This document shows positions 1-10,242 of a stretch of DNA of 64,000 nt, piece after piece; the first letter of the stretch is position 1, and every line of letters starts with the position of its first letter. The position numbers and the translations under genes were made by a program. The stretch is from the IMG/VR virus record IMGVR_UViG_3300037140_000174, positions 29,070 through 93,069 of that record; one strand, written 5' to 3'. This stretch comes from a virus. The notes below the pieces were generated by a model, which worked only from the letters and a program-made list of their open reading frames with translations, was not told the DNA's origin and did not search any database.

Positions 1-329
1 TGACACCTGATCAAATTAAGCAGATGCAGACCTATGCCGGCAACTTGACTGCTGGAGGTCAAAGAGATTCTACAATTACGTCCCCTTGGCAGGGCGTTAG
101 GATGCTTGCTGATGCTTTGTCTGGGAGATCAATGAGGAACCAATTTGGACAGGCTCAAAAGCAAGGTATGGGAAGTGCTGCAAATGCAGTTTCCTCACAA
201 CCAGCTCCTGGATCCTTTAATCAACCAGTTCCATACATGGGTTCTCCAATGGGGGCTTCTGCATCAAGCGTGAATCCAATGATGAGCGCCCTTATGTCAC
301 AGCCGCCGTCGACTTACGGCATGGGTTAA
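1..329 (+). CDS. Small internal virion protein (5' end at or beyond window edge), paralogous to the N-terminus of the next gene
   Basis: Frame is open back to the window edge (TPDQIKQM...). Shares GGQRD..ITSPWQGVRMLADALSG with ORF 334..2640. Confidence 0.7.
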   Translation, partial: TPDQIKQMQTYAGNLTAGGQRDSTITSPWQGVRMLADALSGRSMRNQFGQAQKQGMGSAANAVSSQPAPGSFNQPVPYMGSPMGASASSVNPMMSALMSQPPSTYGMG

Positions 330-333
330 GCCA

Positions 334-2640
334 ATGCTCTCTGCTGAGGATTTCCTCAACACCCCGTCCAATTATGCGACGCCGGATCAACTTGCATCCG
401 TGCGTCAATACGCTGATCTTTTGACTAAAGGCGGTCAGAGGGATCAGCAAATTACGTCTCCTTGGCAGGGTGTTCGCATGTTGGCGGATGCTTTGTCTGG
501 AAATGTTTTAAGAAATCAAGCTGGTCAGCAGCAGATGCAGGGGTATGGAAGCGCTGCGGATGCAGTTTCTTCACAGGCCCCCGGTGGCAGTCCTCAACCG
601 CAACAGCAATCTGATTCGTCCTCGACTGGAGCTTCTTCAGGAGCAGCTTCTGTAAGAAATAACAATCCTGGAGCTCAGTGGCCTGGGCCTGTTGCGATGG
701 CTTATGGGGCCACTGGTTCTCAAACCGTAGGCGGCGGAAATAAGATTGCTACTTTTGACGATCCTGTTAAGGGCGCTGCTGCTCAATTGGCCCTGCTTGA
801 TAGCAAGTACACTGGGGTTCCTTTGAGTGCTGCTGTGTCTAAGTGGTCGGGTGGAAATGATTCTTCAGAATACACCAAACACATAATGAACGATACTGGG
901 TTGACCCCAGATACAGTAATAACCCCACAATTGCTTCGTAGCCCTCAGGGCATTGCTTTGGCGAAGTCCATGGCCAATTGGGAAGCTGGTGGTCAATACC
1001 CGTTGCCGGACGAAGGCTGGCAAAAAGGGCAGGCATTGGCTTTCAATGGGACCCCTAGTCAGGGGCCGCTAGCTATGCCGGGCACACCCCAGTCCGCCGC
1101 TATGGCTTTGAGAGGGCAACCGTCCACGGAGCCCCCGGTTTCAAAAGTTGGTGACCCTCAAATGGGTCCTCAATTTGCTCCTTCGCGTCCTCAGGTCACC
1201 CCACAGAAATTGAATGAGATTCTTCGTAACCCTTGGGTTGATCCTGGCCTTAAGCAAGAGTTCTATAAGAACTACATGATGCAGAACCAGCCTACTTCTG
1301 CGGCTGGGCCTGGAGGTAATTGGATATTTGATCACAACGGTAATAAGGTTTGGGTTGGTGATCTTCAGAAAGGGGAACTTAAGGCGGGTGACGTTTCCAC
1401 CCCATACATGGGCACTCTTGGCGAACCTAATGGTGGAAGTGCTGGTCAGTATAATCCAGCAGGGGGAGTTCCTGGGGTTAGGCCTCCAGCTCCGGCTCCA
1501 CAGGGCACGCCCCTTAATGATCTAATGAACGCACCCTCCCCTTGGGTGACCCCTCAAGCCCCTGTCCCTGGTGGTGCTGCTCCAGGCGCTCCTGGCCCAC
1601 AGGGGGCCATTGCTCCGCAAGGAGCCCCGACGGCTGCGGCTGCTGCAATGCCTATGGGGCAGGCTGCTATGGCCGGAGCGCAGGCTTCTGCTGCTCAAGC
1701 CACACCACAAGCTTCACCACAGGTGGCTTCGCAAGGGGCACCGCCTATTCAAACCGCGATGGCTACCCCTGAAGGTGTCAAATCCGATGCCCCACCCATT
1801 GGGGCTGGAATGCTGGGGGCGGTTCCGCCCATTGGCGCGGCCCCCACCGCCATTCCTCCTGCCCCGCAACTGGCACAGGCTGGTGGCGGGCTCCCGACAC
1901 TCAATGATTTGGCTGATTTCGCCAATCAGAATAAGTACAAGCAGGAGCTGAACACCAACAATGCGAAGCACTATGCGGATAATTCGAATGCGGTGCTGGC
2001 GGCTGGTGCTCAGGCTACGCAAAGCTTGCCGATGATTGATATGGCCGCTCAAGCGGTCAAGGATCCAAGATTCTATTCTGGTATCTTCTCAGAAGGTGCT
2101 CTTGACCTTAAGAAGCTACAAGCTGCGTTTGGTGATGACCCGAATGCTGCTGCTGCAATGGAAGTGTTCACCAAAGCTATGGCTGGGGATGTGCTAAGCC
2201 AGCTCCGGTCAAAGCTCCAAGGACTTGGGCAGGTCCGGCTTGCTGAAATCCAGTTGATTAATCAAGCCACTGCGAATATGCACAATACCCCTGCTGCAAA
2301 CTTGGCGGTTCTTAATATTATCCGCCGAAGTTACCAGCAAACATCTGCCCTTTCGCAGATTGCAGATGCTTATAACGGGCAAGCGAACCCACCGACAAAT
2401 GCTGGGTTGGAATCGACGATGCAGAAGTACCTGTTAACGCATCCAACTTTCAGCCCTGATGAGATAAAGAACTTTAGCCACACCCTCTCTCTTGATGGCC
2501 CTGCGAAGCCTGAGGCAACGACTTATTCGAAAGGTACACCACCCCCTGCTGCTCCTCCTGCATCTACGGGCATGGATTTGACACACCCTGACTTGCTCCC
2601 GAATATTCAGCAAGAAAAAGCGAGACGTGGGCTCCAATAA
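334..2640 (+). CDS. Internal virion/DNA-ejection protein with an RNNNPG-type lysozyme-like domain
   Basis: 768 aa, Gln/Pro/Ala-rich; RNNNPG...F.DP..G..A...LL...KW motif; position upstream of tail fibres. Confidence 0.65.
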   Translation: MLSAEDFLNTPSNYATPDQLASVRQYADLLTKGGQRDQQITSPWQGVRMLADALSGNVLRNQAGQQQMQGYGSAADAVSSQAPGGSPQPQQQSDSSSTGASSGAASVRNNNPGAQWPGPVAMAYGATGSQTVGGGNKIATFDDPVKGAAAQLALLDSKYTGVPLSAAVSKWSGGNDSSEYTKHIMNDTGLTPDTVITPQLLRSPQGIALAKSMANWEAGGQYPLPDEGWQKGQALAFNGTPSQGPLAMPGTPQSAAMALRGQPSTEPPVSKVGDPQMGPQFAPSRPQVTPQKLNEILRNPWVDPGLKQEFYKNYMMQNQPTSAAGPGGNWIFDHNGNKVWVGDLQKGELKAGDVSTPYMGTLGEPNGGSAGQYNPAGGVPGVRPPAPAPQGTPLNDLMNAPSPWVTPQAPVPGGAAPGAPGPQGAIAPQGAPTAAAAAMPMGQAAMAGAQASAAQATPQASPQVASQGAPPIQTAMATPEGVKSDAPPIGAGMLGAVPPIGAAPTAIPPAPQLAQAGGGLPTLNDLADFANQNKYKQELNTNNAKHYADNSNAVLAAGAQATQSLPMIDMAAQAVKDPRFYSGIFSEGALDLKKLQAAFGDDPNAAAAMEVFTKAMAGDVLSQLRSKLQGLGQVRLAEIQLINQATANMHNTPAANLAVLNIIRRSYQQTSALSQIADAYNGQANPPTNAGLESTMQKYLLTHPTFSPDEIKNFSHTLSLDGPAKPEATTYSKGTPPPAAPPASTGMDLTHPDLLPNIQQEKARRGLQ

Positions 2641-4508
2641 TGCCTAACATCGACCTCACTGATCTTTCAAACGAGCAATTGCTTGCGCTAGAAGCACAGG
2701 CAAAGGGTGCGCAGTCTACTGCAGCTGATGTCGCACAAACCATTCCCTCATCCCTTGAGAAAATGACTGTTGGGCTCGGGACGTTCCCTCTTGATACCGC
2801 AGCTAATCTTAATAAGATGGGAAGTTGGGCCGCTTCAAAACTGACCCCGGCTAGCCCTCTTGCGGACGCAACTCAAAACACGCCCCCTGGTGGTCAAGTT
2901 AACGTTCCTGGGGTTGAAGGAACGGTGACTAAGGCTGCTTCTGCACCCACTGCGCCTTCTGGTAAGTCTTTCTATGACTCGGCTCAGGATTATCTCCATG
3001 ACAACATGGGGGTAGGGCCGCTCTATCAGCCTCAGGGTCACACGGCCAAGATGGCCGATCAAATGATCCAGGCTCTTCCCATGTTAGGTGGGCCTGAGCT
3101 AGCTACTGGGCGCTTTTCTGAGATTATGCCTAACCTATTGCGAGGGGCTGGGGCTATTGCTGGCGGTGAAGCTGCCAAGACAGCGGCTGATTCGGCTGGC
3201 TTCAGCAATACCGATCCCTACAGTCAGGCATTAGGAATGGCTGCTGGAACCTTTTTGCCAGCCATGCTTCGTAAAGGCATTACACCATTCCCGGCTTCTG
3301 ATGCCAATTTAGCGATGGCTAAAACCCTTAAGGGGGCTAACATTGATGTGCCTGCCGCGTTGAAGACTGGTAGCCCAACCCTCAACAGGTGGCAAACTTC
3401 CTGGGAAGGAAAAGATCCTTCAATTGATCCTCACCAGTTCACTTCTTATGCTTTACAGCAGATGGGTGTTGATCCGACCACTGCCAGTTCTAAGGGAGAC
3501 ATTACCCCAATCATCAATAAGTGGATGGGGCCTGTTGATCCTTCAACAGGTCAAAAGAGCATCCTTGCTACAAAAATGGATGATCTATCAAAGAGTACAC
3601 AATCTAATTATTACGCTCCTGACCCAAGTAACCCTCCCAATGGGGTACTTTCAGACCCCCATGGCAACCCGCTGTTGGAACCACAACTTGCTTCCGATAG
3701 GGATGCCATCTTGAAGAGATACGTTGGGGCTGGTGGCACTTTGACCGGCTCATCCCCTATTGAGCAGGTGATAAATAGTTCTTTGATGAATACCAAGTCC
3801 AATACATTGGCTTCTGGGTTGACGGGAAGCCGATATCAAGATATGCGGCAAAATATAAGTGACCGGGTTGGTGATTTGTACGCCAAGGGTGAACAGAACT
3901 CTGCTCAAGCGGTGTCAGCGTGGGGTGATGCTTTGGATTCCAACATGGCTCGTTCCTCTCCCCGAGGACAGGAGTGGCCTGAGGTATTCAAGCAGTACGA
4001 AGCTGGAAAGATTCTTCAGAATGCGAATAAAGGGTCCAAGGCAATACCGGGCACCCTTAATCCGTCTGATGTATTTAACTCAGCTTCTGGACATCCAAAT
4101 AGCGACCTTTATAAGGTATCTGAAGCGGCCACAAAGATTTCAAACATGCCCACCCCTAAAGCAGGCATGGTCGATGCGGTTGCCCCATTCCTAGGGGCTG
4201 GGCTTGGTTATGCCGGCATGAAGTATGGGGCTGGGCATGTTCCGGCTGGAGCCGATTTGTCCATCCTTGGAGATCTACTGTCTGTCCCCGGGGCCGTTCT
4301 TGGATCCAAGGTGGCTGGCCCCATCTACAATGCTACCGGGCTTCCTGGTAATCAGCTTCTGAGGGGTGGTTCTCAAGCTGCCCAACCGGGCATCCAGGGG
4401 ATGTTGGGAAGGACTGCTAACAATATGTCCTTCAACGGGCCGGCTTCGGTCAGCAACATGGCTCGTTTGCTTGCGCTTAAACAGGCGCAACAAGGCAACA
4501 GTAATTAA
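2640..4508 (+). CDS. Internal virion/DNA-ejection protein
   Basis: 622 aa, Ala/Gly-rich with amphipathic segments; translationally coupled to previous gene; podovirus-like gene order. Confidence 0.6.
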   Translation: MPNIDLTDLSNEQLLALEAQAKGAQSTAADVAQTIPSSLEKMTVGLGTFPLDTAANLNKMGSWAASKLTPASPLADATQNTPPGGQVNVPGVEGTVTKAASAPTAPSGKSFYDSAQDYLHDNMGVGPLYQPQGHTAKMADQMIQALPMLGGPELATGRFSEIMPNLLRGAGAIAGGEAAKTAADSAGFSNTDPYSQALGMAAGTFLPAMLRKGITPFPASDANLAMAKTLKGANIDVPAALKTGSPTLNRWQTSWEGKDPSIDPHQFTSYALQQMGVDPTTASSKGDITPIINKWMGPVDPSTGQKSILATKMDDLSKSTQSNYYAPDPSNPPNGVLSDPHGNPLLEPQLASDRDAILKRYVGAGGTLTGSSPIEQVINSSLMNTKSNTLASGLTGSRYQDMRQNISDRVGDLYAKGEQNSAQAVSAWGDALDSNMARSSPRGQEWPEVFKQYEAGKILQNANKGSKAIPGTLNPSDVFNSASGHPNSDLYKVSEAATKISNMPTPKAGMVDAVAPFLGAGLGYAGMKYGAGHVPAGADLSILGDLLSVPGAVLGSKVAGPIYNATGLPGNQLLRGGSQAAQPGIQGMLGRTANNMSFNGPASVSNMARLLALKQAQQGNSN

Positions 4509-4667
4509 GTGGAACCAACTTGGGATTGATGTTAGAACCCAGGTTACGATGAAGGCGAGTGTGTAACCAAAGGCTATCATCTGCCCATTTGTTTGCCCTG
4601 AAGGTCTTATGTTCTTCAGGAAATAAATGGACCACAGAACGATAGCTATTTGTAAGATGTACCACAT
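4275..4667 (-). CDS. Small membrane protein antisense to the virion operon (superinfection-exclusion-like, unproven)
   Basis: AAGGAG RBS before ATG; two hydrophobic helices in the first ~60 aa; 3' part overlaps the ejection gene. Confidence 0.55.
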   Translation of the reverse strand: MWYILQIAIVLWSIYFLKNIRPSGQTNGQMIAFGYTLAFIVTWVLTSIPSWFHLITVALLRLFKRKQTSHVADRSRPVEGHIVSSPSQHPLDARLGSLRTTPQKLITRKPGSIVDGASHLGSKNGPGDRQ

Positions 4668-4693
4668 GAATTTCTCCTTTCTAGGAGGCTGAT

Positions 4694-5623
4694 ATTCCGC
4701 GCAACGGTTCAGGGACTTACACTCTTCCGCAGTCGCCCTTTGTTCCAGGGACGACGATATCTTCGGCTGCGGTAAATTCTGATTTTTCAGATGTTGCCAA
4801 CGCCTTGACTGGATCAGTTTCTGTTGATGGTCAAACCACCATCACTGGTCAGTTGAAATTCCCAAATGGGTCGGCTGCTGCCCCATCTCATACGTTTGCA
4901 TCAAATCTTACGACGGGGATGTATTATATTGGAACGAAATATTTGGGTTTCACTACGGGTGGAACCCAAATTGTCGCCTTCAATGGTAATAGTCAAGGTT
5001 CTGGTCAAAGTGGAAATGTAATCGAAATTAATACTGCGACTGGAACTATTTATCCTAACCCAGTTGGTTTTATTGGGGATTTTGCAGGACCTACGGCTCC
5101 CGCTGGTTGGCTTCTTTGCTATGGACAAGTTGTCAACACAAGTGATTATCCAGAGCTTTTTGTAGCTCTAGGAAGTACCAACACTTATGGAGGAAATGGA
5201 ACTACTACATTTGGTATCCCTGATTGTCGTGGCCGTGCTTCTTTTGGTAAAGATAATATGGGAGGTTCGGCTGCCAACCGAATTACTTCGGCTGGTGGTA
5301 ATTTTGATGGCACGGTTCTTGGGGGCACAGGCGGTCAGCAGAATTTTACCCTTACGACAACCCAACTGCCGGCCATTAAACCAGCAATAACGATTACTGA
5401 TCCAGGGCATCTTCATATTACGTCTAATCTTGTCGTCAACGGAGGTGGAAGCGATAATATCCTTACGAGTGGGGGTATTATTAATATTACTGCACCTAAC
5501 ACAAACACAGCTGTGACCGGAATAACGGCTGCTTTTACCAGCAATCTTGGTTCTGGGAATGCTACTCCGGTTCTGTCACCTTCAATTATTTTCAATAAGA
5601 TAATCTTTGCAGGGCGTGTATAA
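4694..5623 (+). CDS. Tail fibre / tail-collar domain protein, start extended to an ATT codon
   Basis: Tail collar motif PVG.I..FAG...PAGWLLC.GQ...YPELF...FGIPD.RGR. GGAGG at 4684-4688, then ATT-CCG-CGC-AAC-GGT (PRNGSGTYTLP). In-frame TAG at 4682. Confidence 0.8.
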   Translation: MPRNGSGTYTLPQSPFVPGTTISSAAVNSDFSDVANALTGSVSVDGQTTITGQLKFPNGSAAAPSHTFASNLTTGMYYIGTKYLGFTTGGTQIVAFNGNSQGSGQSGNVIEINTATGTIYPNPVGFIGDFAGPTAPAGWLLCYGQVVNTSDYPELFVALGSTNTYGGNGTTTFGIPDCRGRASFGKDNMGGSAANRITSAGGNFDGTVLGGTGGQQNFTLTTTQLPAIKPAITITDPGHLHITSNLVVNGGGSDNILTSGGIINITAPNTNTAVTGITAAFTSNLGSGNATPVLSPSIIFNKIIFAGRV

Positions 5624-8508
5624 TGGTTTCGTTGCTCAGATATTATAATGAATTGCGGGAGTGGTCGGTTATCTCAGGCAATGATTTAGACATAGGACGT
5701 ACTCCGGTTTCAGATACTAATTACACACAGACGCTAGACAATATTCAAATTGCCTACACTACTCTGACAGTTTCACGGGTTATTTCCCTACTCCCTGCCA
5801 GTAGCTTTGCCCCAGGGCAGCAGATAATAATTCGTGATGATTCTGGCTCTGCTTCATCTACTGTAACGATCAGTGCTAAGCCCAATGGTACTGATAAGAT
5901 AAATGGTAGTAACACTACTCAGATTATGGTCAATGCTCCGTTTGGGGCAGTGTGGCTGGAATCAAATGGAGTCAGTAGTTGGACTACGGGGAATCTGGTT
6001 CAGGCACCCACTCGTGTCAGCTTAGGTATTGACTCTAGGACTCCGGTTTCAAATGTAAACTATACGGTACTGGCTACCGATTATAATATTGCTTACATTA
6101 CTCTGACAGCTTCACGGGTCGTGTCCCTGCCTGCTGCTAGTAGCTACTCATCTGGTCGACTTCTGGCTATTCGTGATGATTCTGGGTCAGCATCAGCTAC
6201 CAAGACCATTAGTGCTAAGCCCAATGGCACCGATGATATTAATGGCAGCAACACTACTCAGGCCATGATTAACTCCCCTTTTGGGGTGGTTATGCTGGAG
6301 TCAGATGGAGTCAGTAATTGGACTGTATATCTGGTTCAGGCACCCACTCGTGTCAGCCTAGGCATTGATTCGCGTACCCCAGTGGCCGATACTAACTATA
6401 CGGTACTGGCCACTGATTATAATATTGCCTATACGTCCTTGACCGCTGCTCGCACGGTGCTTTTGCCTGCTGCTAGCAGTTATTCACCTGGTCGGCTTTT
6501 GGTGGTTCGTGATGATTCTGGGCAATCTACGTCAACTATTACAGTCAGCATCTCTCCTAATTTGAGTGACCTTATTAATGGAGTCAACAGCAGTACAGTT
6601 GTTCTTAATAGCCCTTGGGCGATGGCTTTTATCGAGTCAGATGGTGTATCTAAATGGACCATCAATCCAGATCTGGATGCCAAGCTGACGCCACACGGCG
6701 ACACCAATTTCGTAATGGTGGCGGCCGACACCACTACCAATATCACCGCGACTTATACCGCGCCGAGGACTGGGACGCTGCCGGCTGCAAACGCGGTAGT
6801 GGCCGGTGCCCCATACCTCGTCGGAGATCAAGCTGGCGGGGTTACCAAAGCCTCCCCGCTTACACTCGCTCGAGCTGGGTCTGATACTGTCAACGGTGGC
6901 GTGTCGATCATCGCCATTGACAATCCGAACAATGCCGCGATCGGCTTTTCTGACGGGGTCTCGAAGTGGAGCTTCTTCAGCCTCGTTTCGAGGTTCATTC
7001 AGCCGTTCACCGGGGCCATCAATCGGACGCTGGCCTCGATCTTCTCGGATTGGCCGGTTAGGCCACAGGATTTCAGCACCCTAAGCGGCAACCCGGTCGG
7101 CACCGGATCGGATGACACGCAGGCAATCCAAGCCGCTATAAACACGGGAAAGACCGTTTATCTCCCCAAGACCGCCAGCGGCTATCTGTTGAACAGCACG
7201 GCTCTGAATTGCACGACGGCGGGGCAACTCATCTACGGCGACGGTATCGAGGGCGGGACGATCATCAATGTCGGGACCGGCTTTATCGGTATAGGCGCTG
7301 GTGCCCCAACGGCGGGCACGAACGGGGTATTCAAATTCAATAGCGGCGAGCCTGGCCCGCATATTCGTGGCCTCACAATCACCGGCGCGCAGCCCAACAA
7401 CGTCACGACCTCCGCCTCATCGAACACCATCGGCACAGGAAGCAAGACCTTCACCGTCGGCTCTGGTCTCACGTATTTCGTGGCCGGGTACACAGTCTAT
7501 ATCTACGACACCGCCAACCCGGCCAACACGATGACCGGGTCGGTCAGCAGCTATTCCGGCACGACGCTGGTCGTCAGCATCTCGTCGGTAACGGGTTCCG
7601 GGACCTTCACCACCTGGACCATCCAGTGCGCGGCGCTGGCCAACCAGAACCAATACCCTCCTGCCGTTTGGTGTGCATATTCAAGCACCACAGCCTCTCA
7701 GGCGCGGTTCATTCTTGAGGATATTCTGATCTACGGGTTCCCGACCGGGATCGACATGCGCGGCAACAATGGTGGGGCCTATCTCAGGAATGTTTGGCTC
7801 GGGTGCCTCGGCAACAATATCCTGATTGACGGCTGTCTGGATGTTGTTCAGATCAATTCCCTTAGAGTATGGCCGTTTGGTTTGAAGAACAATGCTGAGT
7901 TGGCCATTTTTTGTGCCGGTGGCACAAACGGAATCTATGTCTACCGTTGTGACGGCTTGTATATTGATAACGCGACGTTCATTTGCAACGACCAACTGCA
8001 AATTGACACCTCAGTGGCGTCTGCCTACAGTCTTGGCGGCGGAATGTTCGGTGTGGCAGCGGCGACCGAGTTTGACAGTTTCAACGGTATCATCATGAAT
8101 GATGCTGCCGGCATTGGCGGATCATCATTTTCGGTGGCTGGCAGTTTTCTATCTATGGGTGGACCGGCCTTCATCAGCACCAATATAGCGGCCGGACACC
8201 TGAATATCTCGACTTCCATTTTCAACTGTCAGTTTGACCAGACCGCACTTGCTTGCGGTGGCGGCTTGCTTAACGCGACCGGCAATACGTTCGTCTGCGG
8301 GAACTTCGCTCGCAGCAATACCGTCATCAACGTCACCTCCGGAACCGTTATCCTCATCGGGAACACACCGGATGGCCCGACCGTTTCTGGAAATTTCATA
8401 ACCACAGCGGCAGGATCGCAATTCCATCGAGTGATTGGTAACGGCAAAAATACTGGATGGACCAACTCTCTTGGGGCAAATACAAACGCCATCTACGCTA
8501 ATAACTAA
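5623..8508 (+). CDS. Tailspike/receptor-binding protein: four ~110 aa N-terminal repeats plus pectate-lyase-like beta-helix
   Basis: RTPV.DTNY...LP.AS...G....IRDDSG repeats; DDTQAIQAAINTGKTVYLP beta-helix entry motif. Confidence 0.8.
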   Translation: MVSLLRYYNELREWSVISGNDLDIGRTPVSDTNYTQTLDNIQIAYTTLTVSRVISLLPASSFAPGQQIIIRDDSGSASSTVTISAKPNGTDKINGSNTTQIMVNAPFGAVWLESNGVSSWTTGNLVQAPTRVSLGIDSRTPVSNVNYTVLATDYNIAYITLTASRVVSLPAASSYSSGRLLAIRDDSGSASATKTISAKPNGTDDINGSNTTQAMINSPFGVVMLESDGVSNWTVYLVQAPTRVSLGIDSRTPVADTNYTVLATDYNIAYTSLTAARTVLLPAASSYSPGRLLVVRDDSGQSTSTITVSISPNLSDLINGVNSSTVVLNSPWAMAFIESDGVSKWTINPDLDAKLTPHGDTNFVMVAADTTTNITATYTAPRTGTLPAANAVVAGAPYLVGDQAGGVTKASPLTLARAGSDTVNGGVSIIAIDNPNNAAIGFSDGVSKWSFFSLVSRFIQPFTGAINRTLASIFSDWPVRPQDFSTLSGNPVGTGSDDTQAIQAAINTGKTVYLPKTASGYLLNSTALNCTTAGQLIYGDGIEGGTIINVGTGFIGIGAGAPTAGTNGVFKFNSGEPGPHIRGLTITGAQPNNVTTSASSNTIGTGSKTFTVGSGLTYFVAGYTVYIYDTANPANTMTGSVSSYSGTTLVVSISSVTGSGTFTTWTIQCAALANQNQYPPAVWCAYSSTTASQARFILEDILIYGFPTGIDMRGNNGGAYLRNVWLGCLGNNILIDGCLDVVQINSLRVWPFGLKNNAELAIFCAGGTNGIYVYRCDGLYIDNATFICNDQLQIDTSVASAYSLGGGMFGVAAATEFDSFNGIIMNDAAGIGGSSFSVAGSFLSMGGPAFISTNIAAGHLNISTSIFNCQFDQTALACGGGLLNATGNTFVCGNFARSNTVINVTSGTVILIGNTPDGPTVSGNFITTAAGSQFHRVIGNGKNTGWTNSLGANTNAIYANN
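5695..6980 (+). repeat. Four tandem ~310-340 bp coding repeats in the tailspike N-terminus
   Basis: CTGGTTCAGGCACCCACTCGTGTCAGC at 5995 and 6331; ATTCGTGATGATTCTGG and AGTGCTAAGCCCAATGG recur. Confidence 0.85.
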
Positions 8509-8555
8509 AGTTGCTATATATTGTAGTCGCAACATATCAAAATCAGGAAAAGTAG

Positions 8556-9158
8556 ATGAGTTTCACCAACGGTGTATATACACCCCCATCTGGAGCTGAA
8601 AATGCCTTCCCTGGGCAAGTCATTGCTTCAGCGACGTGGAATGCTATCTTCACCGATATTGCAAACAACGGCCTAACCGTTGTCGGCACATCTGGTGCCA
8701 ACACCATTAAAGGGAACAATACTAACGCGACAGCCACTGTTGCTGATCTGACCGTGCCTCAAGCACAGTCAATGTTGGGGATGAGTATTTTTACGGTAAA
8801 GTTAACTGGAGTTAACTTTAATGCTGCAAATACAGATAATCCAATTAGCATAACTTTGCCGAGTGGGTTTACTCGTTACTCTGTGGCTTCATGTGTTTTG
8901 TCTGGAGCCAGTGGTTCTTTGAGCACAGCTACTTGTGCGATGTATACGAATGCTTCAGCAGGCGGTGTTGTTGTGTTTGGAAGTACTGCAATTACAGTTA
9001 CTTCGTCTGCTGAGAATACAATCAATAATACCCAAATTATCACTCCTTCTGCTTTAATAACTGAGAGTTTTAATGTTGCCACTCTTTATTTTAGGACACT
9101 CACAGCAGAAGGTATAGCACAAACCGGAAATGTAACTCTTTATATTCGTCCAATATAG
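8556..9158 (+). CDS. Small tail-fibre-associated protein
   Basis: N-terminus NGVYTPP....PGQVIASATWNAIFTDIA resembles the extended N-terminus of 4694..5623. Confidence 0.65.
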   Translation: MSFTNGVYTPPSGAENAFPGQVIASATWNAIFTDIANNGLTVVGTSGANTIKGNNTNATATVADLTVPQAQSMLGMSIFTVKLTGVNFNAANTDNPISITLPSGFTRYSVASCVLSGASGSLSTATCAMYTNASAGGVVVFGSTAITVTSSAENTINNTQIITPSALITESFNVATLYFRTLTAEGIAQTGNVTLYIRPI

Positions 9159-9173
9159 CTTAAGGAAGTGAAC

Positions 9174-9980
9174 ATGGTGTTTAAGCCTGTTTGTATCGAC
9201 TTGTATCAGCACGACGCTGTTGAAGATTTCAACAAAGTTAAAGCTCAAGGCATCCCCTTCTTGATCCACAAAGCAAGTGAGGGAATGACTGAAGTTGATA
9301 AGCAATATAAAGCCCGACGAACTGAATGGCTTAAAGGGGATGCTATCAAAGTTACTGACATTGATGGTCAAATTCTTCTTTTGAAGCCTCGTATTGCAGC
9401 TTATCACTTTTTTGATGGGGGAGACCCAGTAGCGGAAGCCAACCACTTCTTAAATACCGCTGATATTCAACCAGGAGAAGATGCAGTAATTGATTGGGAA
9501 CAAGTTGGGGCTAGTGGTCACCAACCGAATGCCGAATCAGCAGATATTTTCTGCAAAGTGCTCGAAGCAAAACTTGGGTTCAGCGTTATTGTATATTCTG
9601 GGAATGTTGCTAAAGAACAATTGAAAGGAATTGATCAAAGGTTCCGTGGCAGGCGCTTGTGGTTGGCGAGCTATGGGAAAACATTCACCGTGCAGCAGAG
9701 CTGGGCTCAATCTGGTCCTTGGCTTTGGCAAGATGATGGAGATAAATACGGCCCTGGTCCCACCAAAATTCCGGGGGTAAACAACTATTGTGATAACTCA
9801 ACAATCTCTTCTTCAATGACTGTGAAGAAGCTCTATTCAGATTGGGGTGGGCCGGCTGTTGTTACTACCCCGATAGTTCTGAACGAAGCCAAACTTGTTC
9901 CTGATCCTGAAAGCATGATTATCCAAGGATTGGAAGGAGAATTGAATGAGTTGGGAGGGTGGATTAAAAGCCGCCTATAG
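9174..9980 (+). CDS. Endolysin, GH25 muramidase
   Basis: IDLYQHD, HKASEG, AYHFF, DWE catalytic motif, LWLASY, WLWQ. Confidence 0.85.
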   Translation: MVFKPVCIDLYQHDAVEDFNKVKAQGIPFLIHKASEGMTEVDKQYKARRTEWLKGDAIKVTDIDGQILLLKPRIAAYHFFDGGDPVAEANHFLNTADIQPGEDAVIDWEQVGASGHQPNAESADIFCKVLEAKLGFSVIVYSGNVAKEQLKGIDQRFRGRRLWLASYGKTFTVQQSWAQSGPWLWQDDGDKYGPGPTKIPGVNNYCDNSTISSSMTVKKLYSDWGGPAVVTTPIVLNEAKLVPDPESMIIQGLEGELNELGGWIKSRL

Positions 9981-10056
9981 TGTAGGGCTGTGGGGGTTAT
10001 TCATCTTCACAGTTATGGTTCTTTTGGCCAAAGTGTGAAACAAAACGGAGTGTGTA

Positions 10057-10239
10057 ATGAAAGGTTATCGAACTTACGTTGTAGGCTTCTTTATGGCAGT
10101 GGGGCCGGCTGCGATCACTTACCTGCTTGGCCTCGATTGGACCAAGTTGATCGGCCCAAATGGAGCACTGCTCGTTGCAGGCATACTTACCATTGCAATG
10201 AGATCAATAACCACGACACCCCCTAGACAAGGATCTTAA
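10057..10239 (+). CDS. Small two-TM holin-like protein
   Basis: MKGYRTY start, two TM helices, R..TTTP tail; follows endolysin. Confidence 0.6.
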   Translation: MKGYRTYVVGFFMAVGPAAITYLLGLDWTKLIGPNGALLVAGILTIAMRSITTTPPRQGS

Positions 10240-10242
10240 CCC

